Of a stretch of 64,000 bases of DNA, positions 27,864-37,842 are shown piece after piece. The stretch's first letter is position 1, and each line of letters opens with the position of its first letter. The position numbers and the translations under genes are program-made. The notes beneath the pieces were generated by a model that did no database searches, was not told the DNA's origin, and worked only from the letters and a program-made list of their open reading frames with translations. Origin of the DNA: Candidatus Bathyarchaeota archaeon (GTDB lineage: Archaea > Thermoproteota > Bathyarchaeia > 40CM-2-53-6); NCBI GenBank assembly GCA_005888755.1, contig VBBQ01000027.1, positions 5,178-69,177 of the forward strand. Direction: 5' to 3'.

Positions 27864-28325
27864 TTGATGTCTGTTACTCGCCTTCTTCGAAAATTGAACC
27901 TTCGACCACGAACAAGTCCAGGGTCATTTGCATACTGTGATGCTCAGTCGGGTTCACATCTTCTGTTCCGATGGGATGGGTCTGGATTGACGAAATCAGA
28001 TGAGATTGTGCTCTTCGAAGAAGAAGGGCCTGGGTTTCAGCCGCTTCACATTCAAGGTCACCTAACGCGAGTTTTATTCATGATTCGGTCGGGTGATGTG
28101 ATCGCAAAACTCGTTTGGGTAGTTCCTGAAGCTCGATGTCGCGATCTTGACAAGATCGTCTTTTCGTGGGTTCGAATGTGGGAAGCCGCGTTCGGTGGCA
28201 GATTTCCTCCGATCGAGTACAGGAGTGAGAACGGCTCATATCTTGGGTCCTTGGGAACGAGCCAGAATGCAAGACACCATTCAGGACCACCATTAGCGAA
28301 GTCTGTTGACTTCGAAGAGCTATGA
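27864..28325 (+). CDS. hypothetical protein
   Basis: 153-aa ORF divergent from the HxlR gene. No motif recognised. Confidence 0.35.
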   Translation: MMSVTRLLRKLNLRPRTSPGSFAYCDAQSGSHLLFRWDGSGLTKSDEIVLFEEEGPGFQPLHIQGHLTRVLFMIRSGDVIAKLVWVVPEARCRDLDKIVFSWVRMWEAAFGGRFPPIEYRSENGSYLGSLGTSQNARHHSGPPLAKSVDFEEL

Positions 28326-28334
28326 TGGAATAGT

Positions 28335-29090
28335 TTAGGCTTTACGGCCCGAGATGATCATCCAATCTGGAATTTCTAGCCCTTCTCTCACAATACGAGT
28401 GCGGTGCTTCTTCCAGAACGAACTCTTGACGTGCCAGCTCTCGAAGAGATGTTCTGCCGCGCGGGCTCTTATGATCAGATTGCTCTTGATCCTCTTGACC
28501 CGGATGTTTCGAAACTCCGCTCGCTCTAGTGTTGACACTACCTGGTCTGGTCTGGGAGAGAACCATTCCTTTGGCGGAGTCTTTGTCCAGATCGGGTTGG
28601 TGTCAGCTTCTATCAACAATCTCTGGCGAGGGTTTCTGGGAGTGGGCGAGAGAAATGAATGGATCGTTAGGCCACCATGTCTCAGAACGCGGTAACACTC
28701 TGACAGAAACATGGATAGCTCGTAGGAATCGATCTCGGGCAGAAACTCACTCGATATCACCCCTGCGTACTTGTCGGAGAACTCGCCCCATAGCCAGTCC
28801 AGATAATCCGCTACATGCACCTTGACCCGGCTCTTGAGCATCGCTCTGGATAGAGCCTTGGTCAACTGACTTAGAGTCCCTGCGTACGCGCCGCTGAATG
28901 TGTCCACGACATTGAATTGATGCTGGGGGAGAAGCTTCGCCAGTGGAATGGTCAGCTGGCCTTTTCCGCAACCAATCTCTGCGAGAACCCCACTCCTGTT
29001 GGGAACAAGCTTTGCGATCTCTCTCGCGAGGTCCTCGTATTGCCGAGCGTAGGCACTTTTCACTTCGCTTGGATCTTCAACGATCTCCAC
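28335..29090 (-). CDS. class I SAM-dependent methyltransferase
   Basis: VLAEIGCGKGQLTIPLA motif I and LRHGGLTIHSF post-II region. 251 aa. Confidence 0.7.
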   Translation of the reverse strand: MEIVEDPSEVKSAYARQYEDLAREIAKLVPNRSGVLAEIGCGKGQLTIPLAKLLPQHQFNVVDTFSGAYAGTLSQLTKALSRAMLKSRVKVHVADYLDWLWGEFSDKYAGVISSEFLPEIDSYELSMFLSECYRVLRHGGLTIHSFLSPTPRNPRQRLLIEADTNPIWTKTPPKEWFSPRPDQVVSTLERAEFRNIRVKRIKSNLIIRARAAEHLFESWHVKSSFWKKHRTRIVREGLEIPDWMIISGRKA

Positions 29091-29185
29091 CGTATCAATT
29101 CTCTCTTGCTTTCGCTTCGAAGAAGGTGCCCTCCGGCCTACCTAAGTAGGCAATCATACAATTTATTCTCGAAGAAGGGTCAAGA

Positions 29186-30085
29186 ATGGGGTTGTACTCC
29201 GAAGAGGGTTCACTCAGACCGACCCCACCTTTCGACTTTGCAAAGTCACTGGACTTTCTAGGAATGTTTCCACCTATGCGAGAAGACCAAACTGTGAACG
29301 AGCTCTCCATGACCAAAGCAGTCCGGGTCGGAGGCCGACCCATAGTGTTCCAGCTAAAACCGACCGGAACAATCAAGATGCCCGGACTAAAGTATACCAT
29401 GTTCGCGGAACGCCCTTTCTCCCGCGGACTAACGGAGGTGGTGATCGATAGGATCTCGTTCTTCCTCAGCCTTACTGATGATCTCGACCAGTTCTATCGC
29501 ACAGCAATCAACGACGCCAACTTTGCGCCCACTCTTCAGAAGCTCTACGGGCTCCACCAGGTCAAATTCTTCACTCCGTTCGAATGCGCCTGCTGGGCGG
29601 TGCTTTCACAGCGGAACCAGTTGAGCGCGGCGCAGAAGGCGAAGCAGGCGTTGCTTGAGCGTTTCGGCACAGGCCTCGAGGTAAACGGTCACCAGTACAG
29701 GGCGTTCCCGGAACCTAGCCAGCTAGGAGAAGCCTCCAAACAAGAGTTGAAGGGCCTAATCAGACATGAGCGTAGGGAAGAGTATCTAGGCGAAATAATC
29801 AAGGCGTTCAACAAGGTCGATGAGAGATTCCTGAGAACTGCCGACTATGACAAAGTTGAGGAATGGTTGAAGAATATCAGAGGCATAGGAGAGTTCTCCG
29901 CGAAACTCATTCTCCTAAGAGGTCTCGGCAGGATGGAGAAACTAGCAGTAGAGAAGCGATTGATCGCAGCAGCGGGCAAGGTCTACGGAAAACCAATGAC
30001 AACTCAAAGACTTCATGTCATCGCGGAAAAATATGGGAAATGGAAGGGCTATTGGGCCTACTACCTAAGGACCGCGGGAGCTTAG
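29186..30085 (+). CDS. HhH-GPD base-excision DNA glycosylase (AlkA-like 3-methyladenine DNA glycosylase II)
   Basis: AlkA_N-like N-terminus plus a helix-hairpin-helix region LKNIRGIGEFSAKLILLRGLGRME followed by a GPD-type Asp region. Confidence 0.68.
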   Translation: MGLYSEEGSLRPTPPFDFAKSLDFLGMFPPMREDQTVNELSMTKAVRVGGRPIVFQLKPTGTIKMPGLKYTMFAERPFSRGLTEVVIDRISFFLSLTDDLDQFYRTAINDANFAPTLQKLYGLHQVKFFTPFECACWAVLSQRNQLSAAQKAKQALLERFGTGLEVNGHQYRAFPEPSQLGEASKQELKGLIRHERREEYLGEIIKAFNKVDERFLRTADYDKVEEWLKNIRGIGEFSAKLILLRGLGRMEKLAVEKRLIAAAGKVYGKPMTTQRLHVIAEKYGKWKGYWAYYLRTAGA

Positions 30086-30113
30086 AATATACCGAGACCG
30101 CGTAACAGCAAAT

Positions 30114-30776
30114 CTAGGGAGTGTTTGAAATCGTGACACTCGTCAGGAACGGCAGAGGAGGTTTTGGTTGACAACATACGCCACTGGGCGGTGCCGGGTA
30201 AACTGGAACAACCCCGATCGCGTTGACCACGTCCATGCCGCTAATGACACGGCCGAACACGGTGTACTTCCCGTCAAGACTGGAGCTATTCTTGTCAACA
30301 AGATTGATGAAAAACTGGGTGCTACCACTGTTCGCTGCTCCCGTGTTCGCCATCGCCATATACCCAGCGTAGTTGTGAAGTGAACTCACTATTTCGTCAG
30401 GTACTGTTGTACCCTGGTATTGTCCCCAAGTATTGTTGTTGCCTCCACCATTTTTTGTATTTTCATCTCCGGTCTGGACTACGAATCGCGCCTCGATTCT
30501 GTGCCAGACAAGATTGTTGTAAAAGCCGGATCTCGCTAGGTTCACAAAGTTGTTCACGGTAATCGGAGTTTGGCTGCGATAGAGCTCAACCTCGAAAGTA
30601 CCCTTCGAGGTATTGAGCGTAGCGTAGATGATGCCCGGAGGTAGCGACGAGACGTATGCGTACACTCCAACTGCTATGATTACGATGAGTACGACAGCAA
30701 GTAGAAGATAGACTACTCCTCGTCTTTGCCTTTTGCGTGTTTTTTCGAGAACCTTACGTTTCTGGGCAGAGGGCAA
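30114..30776 (-). CDS. cyclophilin-type peptidyl-prolyl cis-trans isomerase, membrane-anchored or secreted
   Basis: N-terminal TM anchor, then the cyclophilin core ...VWHRIEARFVVQTGD...GYMAMANTGAANSGSTQFFINL...KYTVFGRVISGMDVV. Confidence 0.85.
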   Translation of the reverse strand: MPSAQKRKVLEKTRKRQRRGVVYLLLAVVLIVIIAVGVYAYVSSLPPGIIYATLNTSKGTFEVELYRSQTPITVNNFVNLARSGFYNNLVWHRIEARFVVQTGDENTKNGGGNNNTWGQYQGTTVPDEIVSSLHNYAGYMAMANTGAANSGSTQFFINLVDKNSSSLDGKYTVFGRVISGMDVVNAIGVVPVYPAPPSGVCCQPKPPLPFLTSVTISNTP

Positions 30777-30846
30777 AGGGAACTCGCAAAGCTGTGAGAT
30801 GGTCCGCTTGTTGAAATATGATTCGTTGAGAGCCCTTCCAGACGCT

Positions 30847-31968
30847 TCACAGAGCGAGCGATTGGTATTCTGTCACACATGGCGACCCGACTGTCGCCCA
30901 CAGTTTTCTTGCATACAGATCCATTACTATCGAGACTACTGTCTCGTATCTTTCATACTCTGGCAGTTTCATGTTTGAGTGACGACATACCGATTCCGGC
31001 TTCCCATGGTGATCTCTCAACATGTTCTGTGCGCCAGCTAGACTCAGCTTTTGTCCCACTCGAACCGTTCCGTCTAAGAGCTTCTGAATTCTTCGATATC
31101 GTTGAAGCGTCGATAATCGTTCTTCGTCCAAGACCTGTCTTACGCCGAGTTTTCTAGGGTTGGAGAAATGGTTGGTGTGAGCGAGCGCTCCTCTATCTGG
31201 TCCGACTTCGCAGAGTGCTTCGGGCGCAGACTCGATATCGACGGCCTTTCCCAATCCCATTTTTTTCTGTTGTCCCACGATGAAGTTGGCTGAACAGTTC
31301 CTCTGGCCTTGGGCGATGACTTTGACTGCGCGTCCGAGTGTTTTCGAGCTGAGTATTTCCCAGCATCGTACGTGGAAGGGTTTCTTTAGCCGTGCCCAGT
31401 CGTCTTTGCTGGACACAATTCCGTTAATTAGCAAACCAACCCCTTCAGAGTTCAAACCGATCTTCCCTCCGACCACTCCTGCCTCTGTGAACGACAAGAC
31501 ATCTGGGCCGTTTTCGTTTCTGACTTTTAGGAAGAGCCCTTTGACCTCTGGTATCCAGTCCCAGTTCTGCGCCATTATCAAATGTCCATTTTCGACTGCA
31601 GTCGGAAGCGCTGCGAAGGCTGTGCAACCGAAAGTCTTGGGTATAGGCTTGAGTCCAATCTTGGAGAACTGACTGTACATCAATTCGTAGCGAACGTTCA
31701 ACGCGGTGATATCGAGAATTTCCTGACTCGAACCCGCGGCGACACCTTTCATCGTCTCAGCGTATTCTGGGCTAGCCTTGGTGATCACTTTCAGGAATTT
31801 TGCTGCTCGACTCAGGGCGACGTCATGTGAGAGTTCGGTTTCGCTTTGGAATCGGCGAAAGTAGATCTCTAGGTTGTGCTGGATTTCTGGACGAGCCTTT
31901 TTTCCGTGCTTGTATCCTATCTGGTGTGGTGAGCCTTTGAGGGTTAGAACAGGGAGCTTCGTTTTCAT
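30847..31968 (-). CDS. C45-family peptidase / acyl-CoA:6-aminopenicillanic-acid acyltransferase-like Ntn hydrolase
   Basis: FGCTAFAA nucleophile-Cys context and NWDW motif typical of the AAT/C45 family. 373 aa. Confidence 0.65.
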   Translation of the reverse strand: MKTKLPVLTLKGSPHQIGYKHGKKARPEIQHNLEIYFRRFQSETELSHDVALSRAAKFLKVITKASPEYAETMKGVAAGSSQEILDITALNVRYELMYSQFSKIGLKPIPKTFGCTAFAALPTAVENGHLIMAQNWDWIPEVKGLFLKVRNENGPDVLSFTEAGVVGGKIGLNSEGVGLLINGIVSSKDDWARLKKPFHVRCWEILSSKTLGRAVKVIAQGQRNCSANFIVGQQKKMGLGKAVDIESAPEALCEVGPDRGALAHTNHFSNPRKLGVRQVLDEERLSTLQRYRRIQKLLDGTVRVGQKLSLAGAQNMLRDHHGKPESVCRHSNMKLPEYERYETVVSIVMDLYARKLWATVGSPCVTEYQSLAL

Positions 31969-31974
31969 TCCTAT

Positions 31975-32979
31975 CTATGCCAGGTTCTTCTCTAAGGTTA
32001 TCCAGCCAACTTCTCGTTTGAAGCCGAGCTTCACGTTGATCCCGAGCATCGGTGCGTTGGTCGAGTCGTTCCAAGTCTTGAGCTTCTCGTACTTGTGGCT
32101 TCTAGCGAACTCGATGACTTTGAGTTTCAAAGCAACCGCTATCCCTCGTCCCCGGTATTCTCGAATTACCCCTGTAAGTCCCTGATAGAGGCCTTTAGGA
32201 TCCTTCTGAGCCTTCCACACCGTGCTCATCCCCACATAATTGTCACCGTCCTTGGCTATCATGTACCCTTGGGGAACCAAGTTGGGACTCTTCATCTCGA
32301 AAGCTGACCACTGCTCAAAGGAGACCGGCGTGAACTGTTCAGGTCGGGGAATGTCTTCTGAGACGGCTTGGACTAGAGCATGGAGTTTGCGATAACAATC
32401 GGGATCGCTCCTCATCTCATCAGCCAGTGTGACGTAGTGGATTCGATGCTGAGACGCCTTGTCCACGTATTTTTGGAAAACAGATAAGTTGACCGTGGCG
32501 GGGTTGAGACGTGACTCCCAGGCTCTCATCTTCTCGTGGAACCCTCGATTCGTTGCGAACTTGATTGGAAGGGGCATGTCCTCCCTAACACCAGTCCATG
32601 CTGTTACAGCACCAAAATCCTTGAAGTCTTGCCTTAGTCGCTCGTAGAGTGCACTGCCTATTCCCTTCCTCTGATGTTGTGGATCGACCCAGATATCGAA
32701 CCAGAGTTTCTTCGGATGATACATCCAGGGAACGTGTTGACACTGAGCGAACCCGACAGGTTCTAGGACATCCTTAGTAAGACAGGAGTATCGTTTGAAA
32801 TGGAATTTCGACCTGTCAAGACTTTCATCTTCAAACCTCCATTCCTCCGGCGTCCGATCGTAGTCGGGAAAGACCGAGCCGAAGATGTGGGCCAATTTCC
32901 CATAATGTTCCGACTTGAATTCTGTCAGTTCGATGGGGAGTGTCCACTGTCTCGACATGTTGAGTGTACTGGACCGCAA
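31975..32979 (-). CDS. tandem-GNAT N-acetyltransferase
   Basis: Two acetyl-CoA-binding motifs: QHQRKGIGSALYERL and REYRGRGIAVALKLKVIEFA. Confidence 0.7.
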   Translation of the reverse strand: MRSSTLNMSRQWTLPIELTEFKSEHYGKLAHIFGSVFPDYDRTPEEWRFEDESLDRSKFHFKRYSCLTKDVLEPVGFAQCQHVPWMYHPKKLWFDIWVDPQHQRKGIGSALYERLRQDFKDFGAVTAWTGVREDMPLPIKFATNRGFHEKMRAWESRLNPATVNLSVFQKYVDKASQHRIHYVTLADEMRSDPDCYRKLHALVQAVSEDIPRPEQFTPVSFEQWSAFEMKSPNLVPQGYMIAKDGDNYVGMSTVWKAQKDPKGLYQGLTGVIREYRGRGIAVALKLKVIEFARSHKYEKLKTWNDSTNAPMLGINVKLGFKREVGWITLEKNLA

Positions 32980-33623
32980 CCGATTAAACCTTTGTAAGAC
33001 CCGTCACCGTCTTTCTAATCGGCGGAGATTACCTTGAGCGAGTCTATTCAGGATTGGATTCTTCAGCTCCCGAATGTCGCAAAAGCTCCTTACAGGTTTG
33101 GCGGGACAGAATTCTAGGTCCTAGGCCTCGAATTCATGCATTCTCATGAGCCAGCGTAATTTGACATCATGCTCTCCAAAGAGGATCAAGAGAGAGTGCT
33201 GAAGGAGGCCATGGCTGAGCCTCACCGGTTCGCGCCTCAAGCTGGATGGATCACGTTCAGGATCCGGTCAGAAAAGAGATGTTAAAGCGGCGAAGGAACT
33301 GATTCGCCTGGCCCATAGCAATGCGGAGAAGCTGATGGCGGCTCAGGTGTCGTGGCGCGTCCAAAAGGAAGGGATAGCCTCCCATCTAGATCTCTTCTGT
33401 TTGGACAAGGGGAGGAGCTTCTCGCCGATCCTTGGTTTAGCAAAAACCTGAGTACCTTACCCTCAGTCCGACAAAATGTCGTCAATGACGCGAGCACTAT
33501 GCCCTCAAACTTGCTCGTCAGAACACGATAGCGATGTAGCTTCGTGCATCTTTGGAATGACGTGGTTTGCTGCCGACTGCCAAGTGTTAAATAGATAAAA
33601 CTCAAGCGTCGGGGGTCTTCGTT

Positions 33624-35552
33624 ATGTCATTACCGAGAATAGTTCTCGCACTGAGTGTTTTAGGATTGATTGTCTCGCTGAACGTTTCGTTTGGAGGCAT
33701 GTTTGCTCAAGCAGCCAATTCTGGTCGGTCAACCCTCGTAGGGAGCGCACCCACATGGGCGAACAACAAGAATTACCTGGGTGCTGCCGATCCGACTATT
33801 GACGTTGGTTTCCGGGTCTACCTCGGCTGGAATAACCCTTCGGCGGTTGAAGCTCTTGCCGGGGCCGTTTCCAACCCCAAGAGCCCATCGTATGGTCAAT
33901 ATCTGACACCTCAACAGTTCCGTCAGCAATTCGCTCCCTCACAATCACAGGTCGGCGCGGTTCAATCTTGGCTCAAGAGCCAAGGCTTCACTGTCGAGTA
34001 CACGCCGATGAACAATCATTATGTGTCGGCAGAGGGAACTGTTGCGCAAACGCAGGCCGCATTCGGCAACAGGTTCGGGATCTACAGCGTTGGTGGACTA
34101 AGCCTCAGGTCCCCATCCGCTGATGTTTCTATTCCCAGCTCCTTAGCAAACATCGTCACAGGTGTCATAGGCCTCGACGATAGCGTACAATTTGTTCACA
34201 TGGACAGTACTGTTGGAGACGCGCCTCCGCCACCTGCCTTCGTTAGCGCTCACCCGTGCTCATCGTACTGGGGACAGCTACAAGCTGTAGGTTTTACGAA
34301 CCCGTATGGGCCAGGAACACTCCCGTTCGCGCCGTGCGGATACACCCCCCAGCAGGTCAAGGGTGCTTACGGTATCTCCGGGTATGATGGTTCAGGTCAG
34401 ACGGTAGCGATTATCGACGCCTACGCAGCACCTACGATCGTCCAAGATACTAATCAGTGGTCGACCAATCGCGGGCTTCCGACACTTACAGCAAGCCAAT
34501 TCGTTCAGATTGTCGCACCCGGAACTTACAACCATCCCGAGAAGGGGCTCGCACAGGATCCGCAGGGATGGTATGGCGAGGAGACGCTTGACGTGGAAGC
34601 TGTTCACGGGATGGCGCCCGCTGCGACCATTGTTTTCATTGGCGCTCCCAACAACTTCCAAGACCTCGACGCGGCACTGAATCATGTTGTTGACCGACAT
34701 CTAGCGTCGATTGTCACCAACTCGTACGGCTTCAATACCGAAATACTACCCGCGGGCTACATCAAGCCACAAGAGGATACGATTCTGCAAGGAGTGGTCG
34801 AAGGCATCGGAATCTACTTCTCCTCTGGCGACAACAGCGACGAGTCACTGGTGCAGGGCTATGTTACCACTGACTGGCCCGCCTCCAGCCCGTTTGTGAC
34901 GGCAGTCGGAGGGACCAGTCTCGCAGCAGGCCCGTCGAACAATTACCTCTTTGAGACAGCTTGGGGAACAACTACGTCCTCATGGACTGGCACAACATGG
35001 TCCCCTACTCCGCCCGGCTCATGGTTGTACGGTTCAGGAGGAGGAGTCAGCCGCATCTTCGCAGAACCATCCTACCAAGTAGGTGTAGTGCCCAACTCGG
35101 TCTTCCAGGCTCAGGGACGCACCGGTCGAGCTGTGCCGGACATTTCGGCTGTCGGCGATCCCAACACGGGATATTTGATCGGAGAAACACAGACATTCCC
35201 TAATGGCACAGTGGCGTACGCTGAATATCGTATCGGAGGGACCAGCCTATCGTCTCCGCTGGTCGCTGGAATCATGGCACTAGCAGACCAGGCTGCGGGC
35301 CACACACATGGGTTTGCCAACCCACTCTTCTACAGTCTCGCAGGCTCGATGGCTTTCACGGACGTCGTCAGCCCCGCCTCAACCGTCGCCGTGGTGCGGG
35401 CAAATTATGTGAACAGTATTGACGCGAGCGCGGGAGTTGTTTATCGTCTGCGAACCATGAACCAGAATCTGAGTCTCAAGTCTACACCAGGGTACGATGA
35501 CGTGACCGGCTTAGGAACGCCAACCAGCTCGTTCCTGAACGCTCTCAAGTGA
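33624..35552 (+). CDS. secreted S53-family serine peptidase (sedolisin / kumamolisin-like) with pro-domain
   Basis: Signal peptide, a pro-kumamolisin activation domain, and a catalytic domain with SGDNSD and GGTSLSSPLVAGIMAL. Confidence 0.85.
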   Translation: MSLPRIVLALSVLGLIVSLNVSFGGMFAQAANSGRSTLVGSAPTWANNKNYLGAADPTIDVGFRVYLGWNNPSAVEALAGAVSNPKSPSYGQYLTPQQFRQQFAPSQSQVGAVQSWLKSQGFTVEYTPMNNHYVSAEGTVAQTQAAFGNRFGIYSVGGLSLRSPSADVSIPSSLANIVTGVIGLDDSVQFVHMDSTVGDAPPPPAFVSAHPCSSYWGQLQAVGFTNPYGPGTLPFAPCGYTPQQVKGAYGISGYDGSGQTVAIIDAYAAPTIVQDTNQWSTNRGLPTLTASQFVQIVAPGTYNHPEKGLAQDPQGWYGEETLDVEAVHGMAPAATIVFIGAPNNFQDLDAALNHVVDRHLASIVTNSYGFNTEILPAGYIKPQEDTILQGVVEGIGIYFSSGDNSDESLVQGYVTTDWPASSPFVTAVGGTSLAAGPSNNYLFETAWGTTTSSWTGTTWSPTPPGSWLYGSGGGVSRIFAEPSYQVGVVPNSVFQAQGRTGRAVPDISAVGDPNTGYLIGETQTFPNGTVAYAEYRIGGTSLSSPLVAGIMALADQAAGHTHGFANPLFYSLAGSMAFTDVVSPASTVAVVRANYVNSIDASAGVVYRLRTMNQNLSLKSTPGYDDVTGLGTPTSSFLNALK

Positions 35553-35781
35553 TACAAGTCTCCAGCGATAGCCGACACCTTCATCCGAGTGCGTTCTCTC
35601 TATTGGCTCGCCTAATAGCGAGCGCTAGGGCTTTCCAAGTTTCACCAGAAAATGGGCACGATTTCCACCCTCTTCAACAGGAATCAACCTCTCTTCGAAG
35701 GTTACGATCTCGAATTCTCTGAAACAGAACTGGAGTTCTTGGCGCGGGAAGAAGTGATGAATTATTCCTCGCTCTTCTCCC

Positions 35782-36336
35782 TCAGTAAAAACGTAGGTGT
35801 TGCGCTCCAGGCATCTTGCCGTTACCTTTTCTGAAATCTGCCGCGGACAGAGCCACGACGCAAGCAGAAGAACCCCTTCTCATCACTCGATGAACCTCTC
35901 CGACCGCCTTCTTGATCTCGATCAGTTTGCCGTGGTGGAAAACGTTTGTACATACGACCCCATCGAAATAATTGTCCACGATCGGTAGCTCCCGCATCTC
36001 ATGCTTGACGAGCGTGATATTGTCGATGGAAGCACTCTTCAAGCGACCTTCAAGGGTCTTGAGCGCTGTCTCCGAAACGTCAAGAACGACAACCTGAAAG
36101 CCGGTCTTGCCTAGAAGTATAGAGTGTCGACCTGCTCCGCAGCCTAGGTCCAGAACCTTCTTGGCGCCTTCACGTTTCAAGTCTTCGGCGAAATTCACAA
36201 CCACAGGGAGTGGTGGCGAAGTCTCCGCCCACCCCTCCTCTCTCCAGACAAGCTCCCAAGGATGAGTCCTGTTCGAACGCATCAGCGTCAAGCCTTCCTG
36301 ATTTACGACTACTTTACAGCCGGATGATTTCTCCAC
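35782..36336 (-). CDS. class I SAM-dependent methyltransferase
   Basis: VLDLGCGAGRHSILLGKTGFQVVVLDVSETAL motif I. Confidence 0.75.
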   Translation of the reverse strand: MEKSSGCKVVVNQEGLTLMRSNRTHPWELVWREEGWAETSPPLPVVVNFAEDLKREGAKKVLDLGCGAGRHSILLGKTGFQVVVLDVSETALKTLEGRLKSASIDNITLVKHEMRELPIVDNYFDGVVCTNVFHHGKLIEIKKAVGEVHRVMRRGSSACVVALSAADFRKGNGKMPGAQHLRFY

Positions 36337-36802
36337 GAATCTCCTTGTCCACTGTCAGAATCCCGTAGGTTTTCTTTGTAGCGGGAAACTTTCCGGTTGC
36401 GCTGCCGGGGTTGAACCAGATAATACCGTCCCGGAAATCGTTCTTCGTTCGGTGGCTGTGTCCATGAATAATGGCCTGGACCCCGGGGAACTTGGGCCTC
36501 AACCTCTGCTCCAAGGAGTGGGGAGAGCCTCCCTCAGCCGGATGGTTGACCCCGATCTTCAAATCCCCTACTTGGACGATGTCAATTGCCGGCAATTCTT
36601 TCCTTACATCTGGCCCATCGATATTGCCGTAGACACCTCTGAAGGGGCCGACCTTGCGCAATTCGTCAACCAGCCATTTGCCAGTGAAATCCCCTGCGTG
36701 AATGATCATATCGGCGCCGGATATCTCGTCAAGGACTTGCCTGGGTAGGTTGTCGATAAAGTCAGTATGGGAATCGGAAATGACGACTATTTTCACGATC
36801 AT
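36314..36802 (-). CDS. metallophosphoesterase (YfcE/MJ0936-family phosphodiesterase)
   Basis: VISDSHTD, HAGDF, GNID and IHGHSH motifs in canonical order. 162 aa. Confidence 0.85.
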   Translation of the reverse strand: MIVKIVVISDSHTDFIDNLPRQVLDEISGADMIIHAGDFTGKWLVDELRKVGPFRGVYGNIDGPDVRKELPAIDIVQVGDLKIGVNHPAEGGSPHSLEQRLRPKFPGVQAIIHGHSHRTKNDFRDGIIWFNPGSATGKFPATKKTYGILTVDKEIRGEIIRL

Positions 36803-36809
36803 TATCCCT

Positions 36810-37748
36810 CTATTTCAAGAGCGCTTGGGAGATCCTTTCCCGGTTTCGATGACTCCACAGGGCGGCTTTTGAAAATAGAGTCGGCCCATAACCGTCCGCT
36901 TCCGACCGTTTCGCTCTATCCGGATCATTTCTCAGCATCCAAAGCACAAAGGCGAAATCATCCAAGAAACCAGCAGTCATCAGATCTGGAATCAATGCAA
37001 TATCTCCGTTGGACAAGGGATGATATTCCGTATATGACTGGAGGAATTGCTTTGCGGAATCTATGTCTAATTGATGCGTGACCCTCCTATCTCTGCAGCA
37101 GTATTGCATCGTTACAGCAATATCTTTGACAACTGGATCGTTCGTTCCGCTGACGTGCTCGAAGTCAATAACCCCGGCTAGCTTGCCCTTTTTCCAGATC
37201 AGATTTTCGGAGATGAGGTCTCTGTGAATGGGATATAGCCTTGGTTTCTGGTGCGGACCGCCATCGAAGCCACGCAGTATCAGAATCATCTTTGCGGACT
37301 CCTCTAGGAAGGTACGCTCGTTCCGATTGATCTTGTCCTTTCGCAGAATTTCCGTTCTGTATTCTTCAATCTCCGTCAATGTGACAGTTCTGTTGTACAA
37401 GTCTGACGCTGGTTTTCCATTGTTGAGGGCTGATCGTTCTATCAGCAGGTGATACTCTGCCATCATCTTCGCGAGTTGTGCTAGACGCGACTCGTCAAGT
37501 TTCTCAACGACACTCCCTTCGATAAATTTGTAGAGCCAATAGTATTGCCCTTGAACAGTTACGAATAAGCCACCTTTCGTAGTTGCAATGGCTGCCGGGA
37601 TTTCGTATGGGAAACCAGCTTGCTTGAGATAGTCGAGGTAGGATAGTTCGAACTTCAGGTCGCGAGGGTTTCTGTGATGAGTATGAGAAACCTGTCTTAG
37701 AACATATTTTCCCTGCGTTGTTCTAAGGATGAAATTGCGGTTAACCAC
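36810..37748 (-). CDS. aminoglycoside/choline-kinase-like phosphotransferase (APH fold)
   Basis: IHRDLISENLIW catalytic loop and VIDFEHV (DFG-equivalent). Confidence 0.72.
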   Translation of the reverse strand: MVNRNFILRTTQGKYVLRQVSHTHHRNPRDLKFELSYLDYLKQAGFPYEIPAAIATTKGGLFVTVQGQYYWLYKFIEGSVVEKLDESRLAQLAKMMAEYHLLIERSALNNGKPASDLYNRTVTLTEIEEYRTEILRKDKINRNERTFLEESAKMILILRGFDGGPHQKPRLYPIHRDLISENLIWKKGKLAGVIDFEHVSGTNDPVVKDIAVTMQYCCRDRRVTHQLDIDSAKQFLQSYTEYHPLSNGDIALIPDLMTAGFLDDFAFVLWMLRNDPDRAKRSEADGYGPTLFSKAALWSHRNRERISQALLK

Positions 37749-37842
37749 ACCCTGCTTGGCAAGTGCGCAGGCTGATACTTGACCAATGTCCCAAGCAGAT
37801 ATCGCGTCCCCGACTTCGCTGGGAATCTGCAGCCTGGTTATT

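Noticed and set aside
33282-33605. 107-aa minus-strand ORF in the long spacer before the sedolisin gene
   Set aside because: Ser/Pro/Arg-rich, with no start context and no motifs. The spacer is treated as non-coding or a decayed small gene instead.
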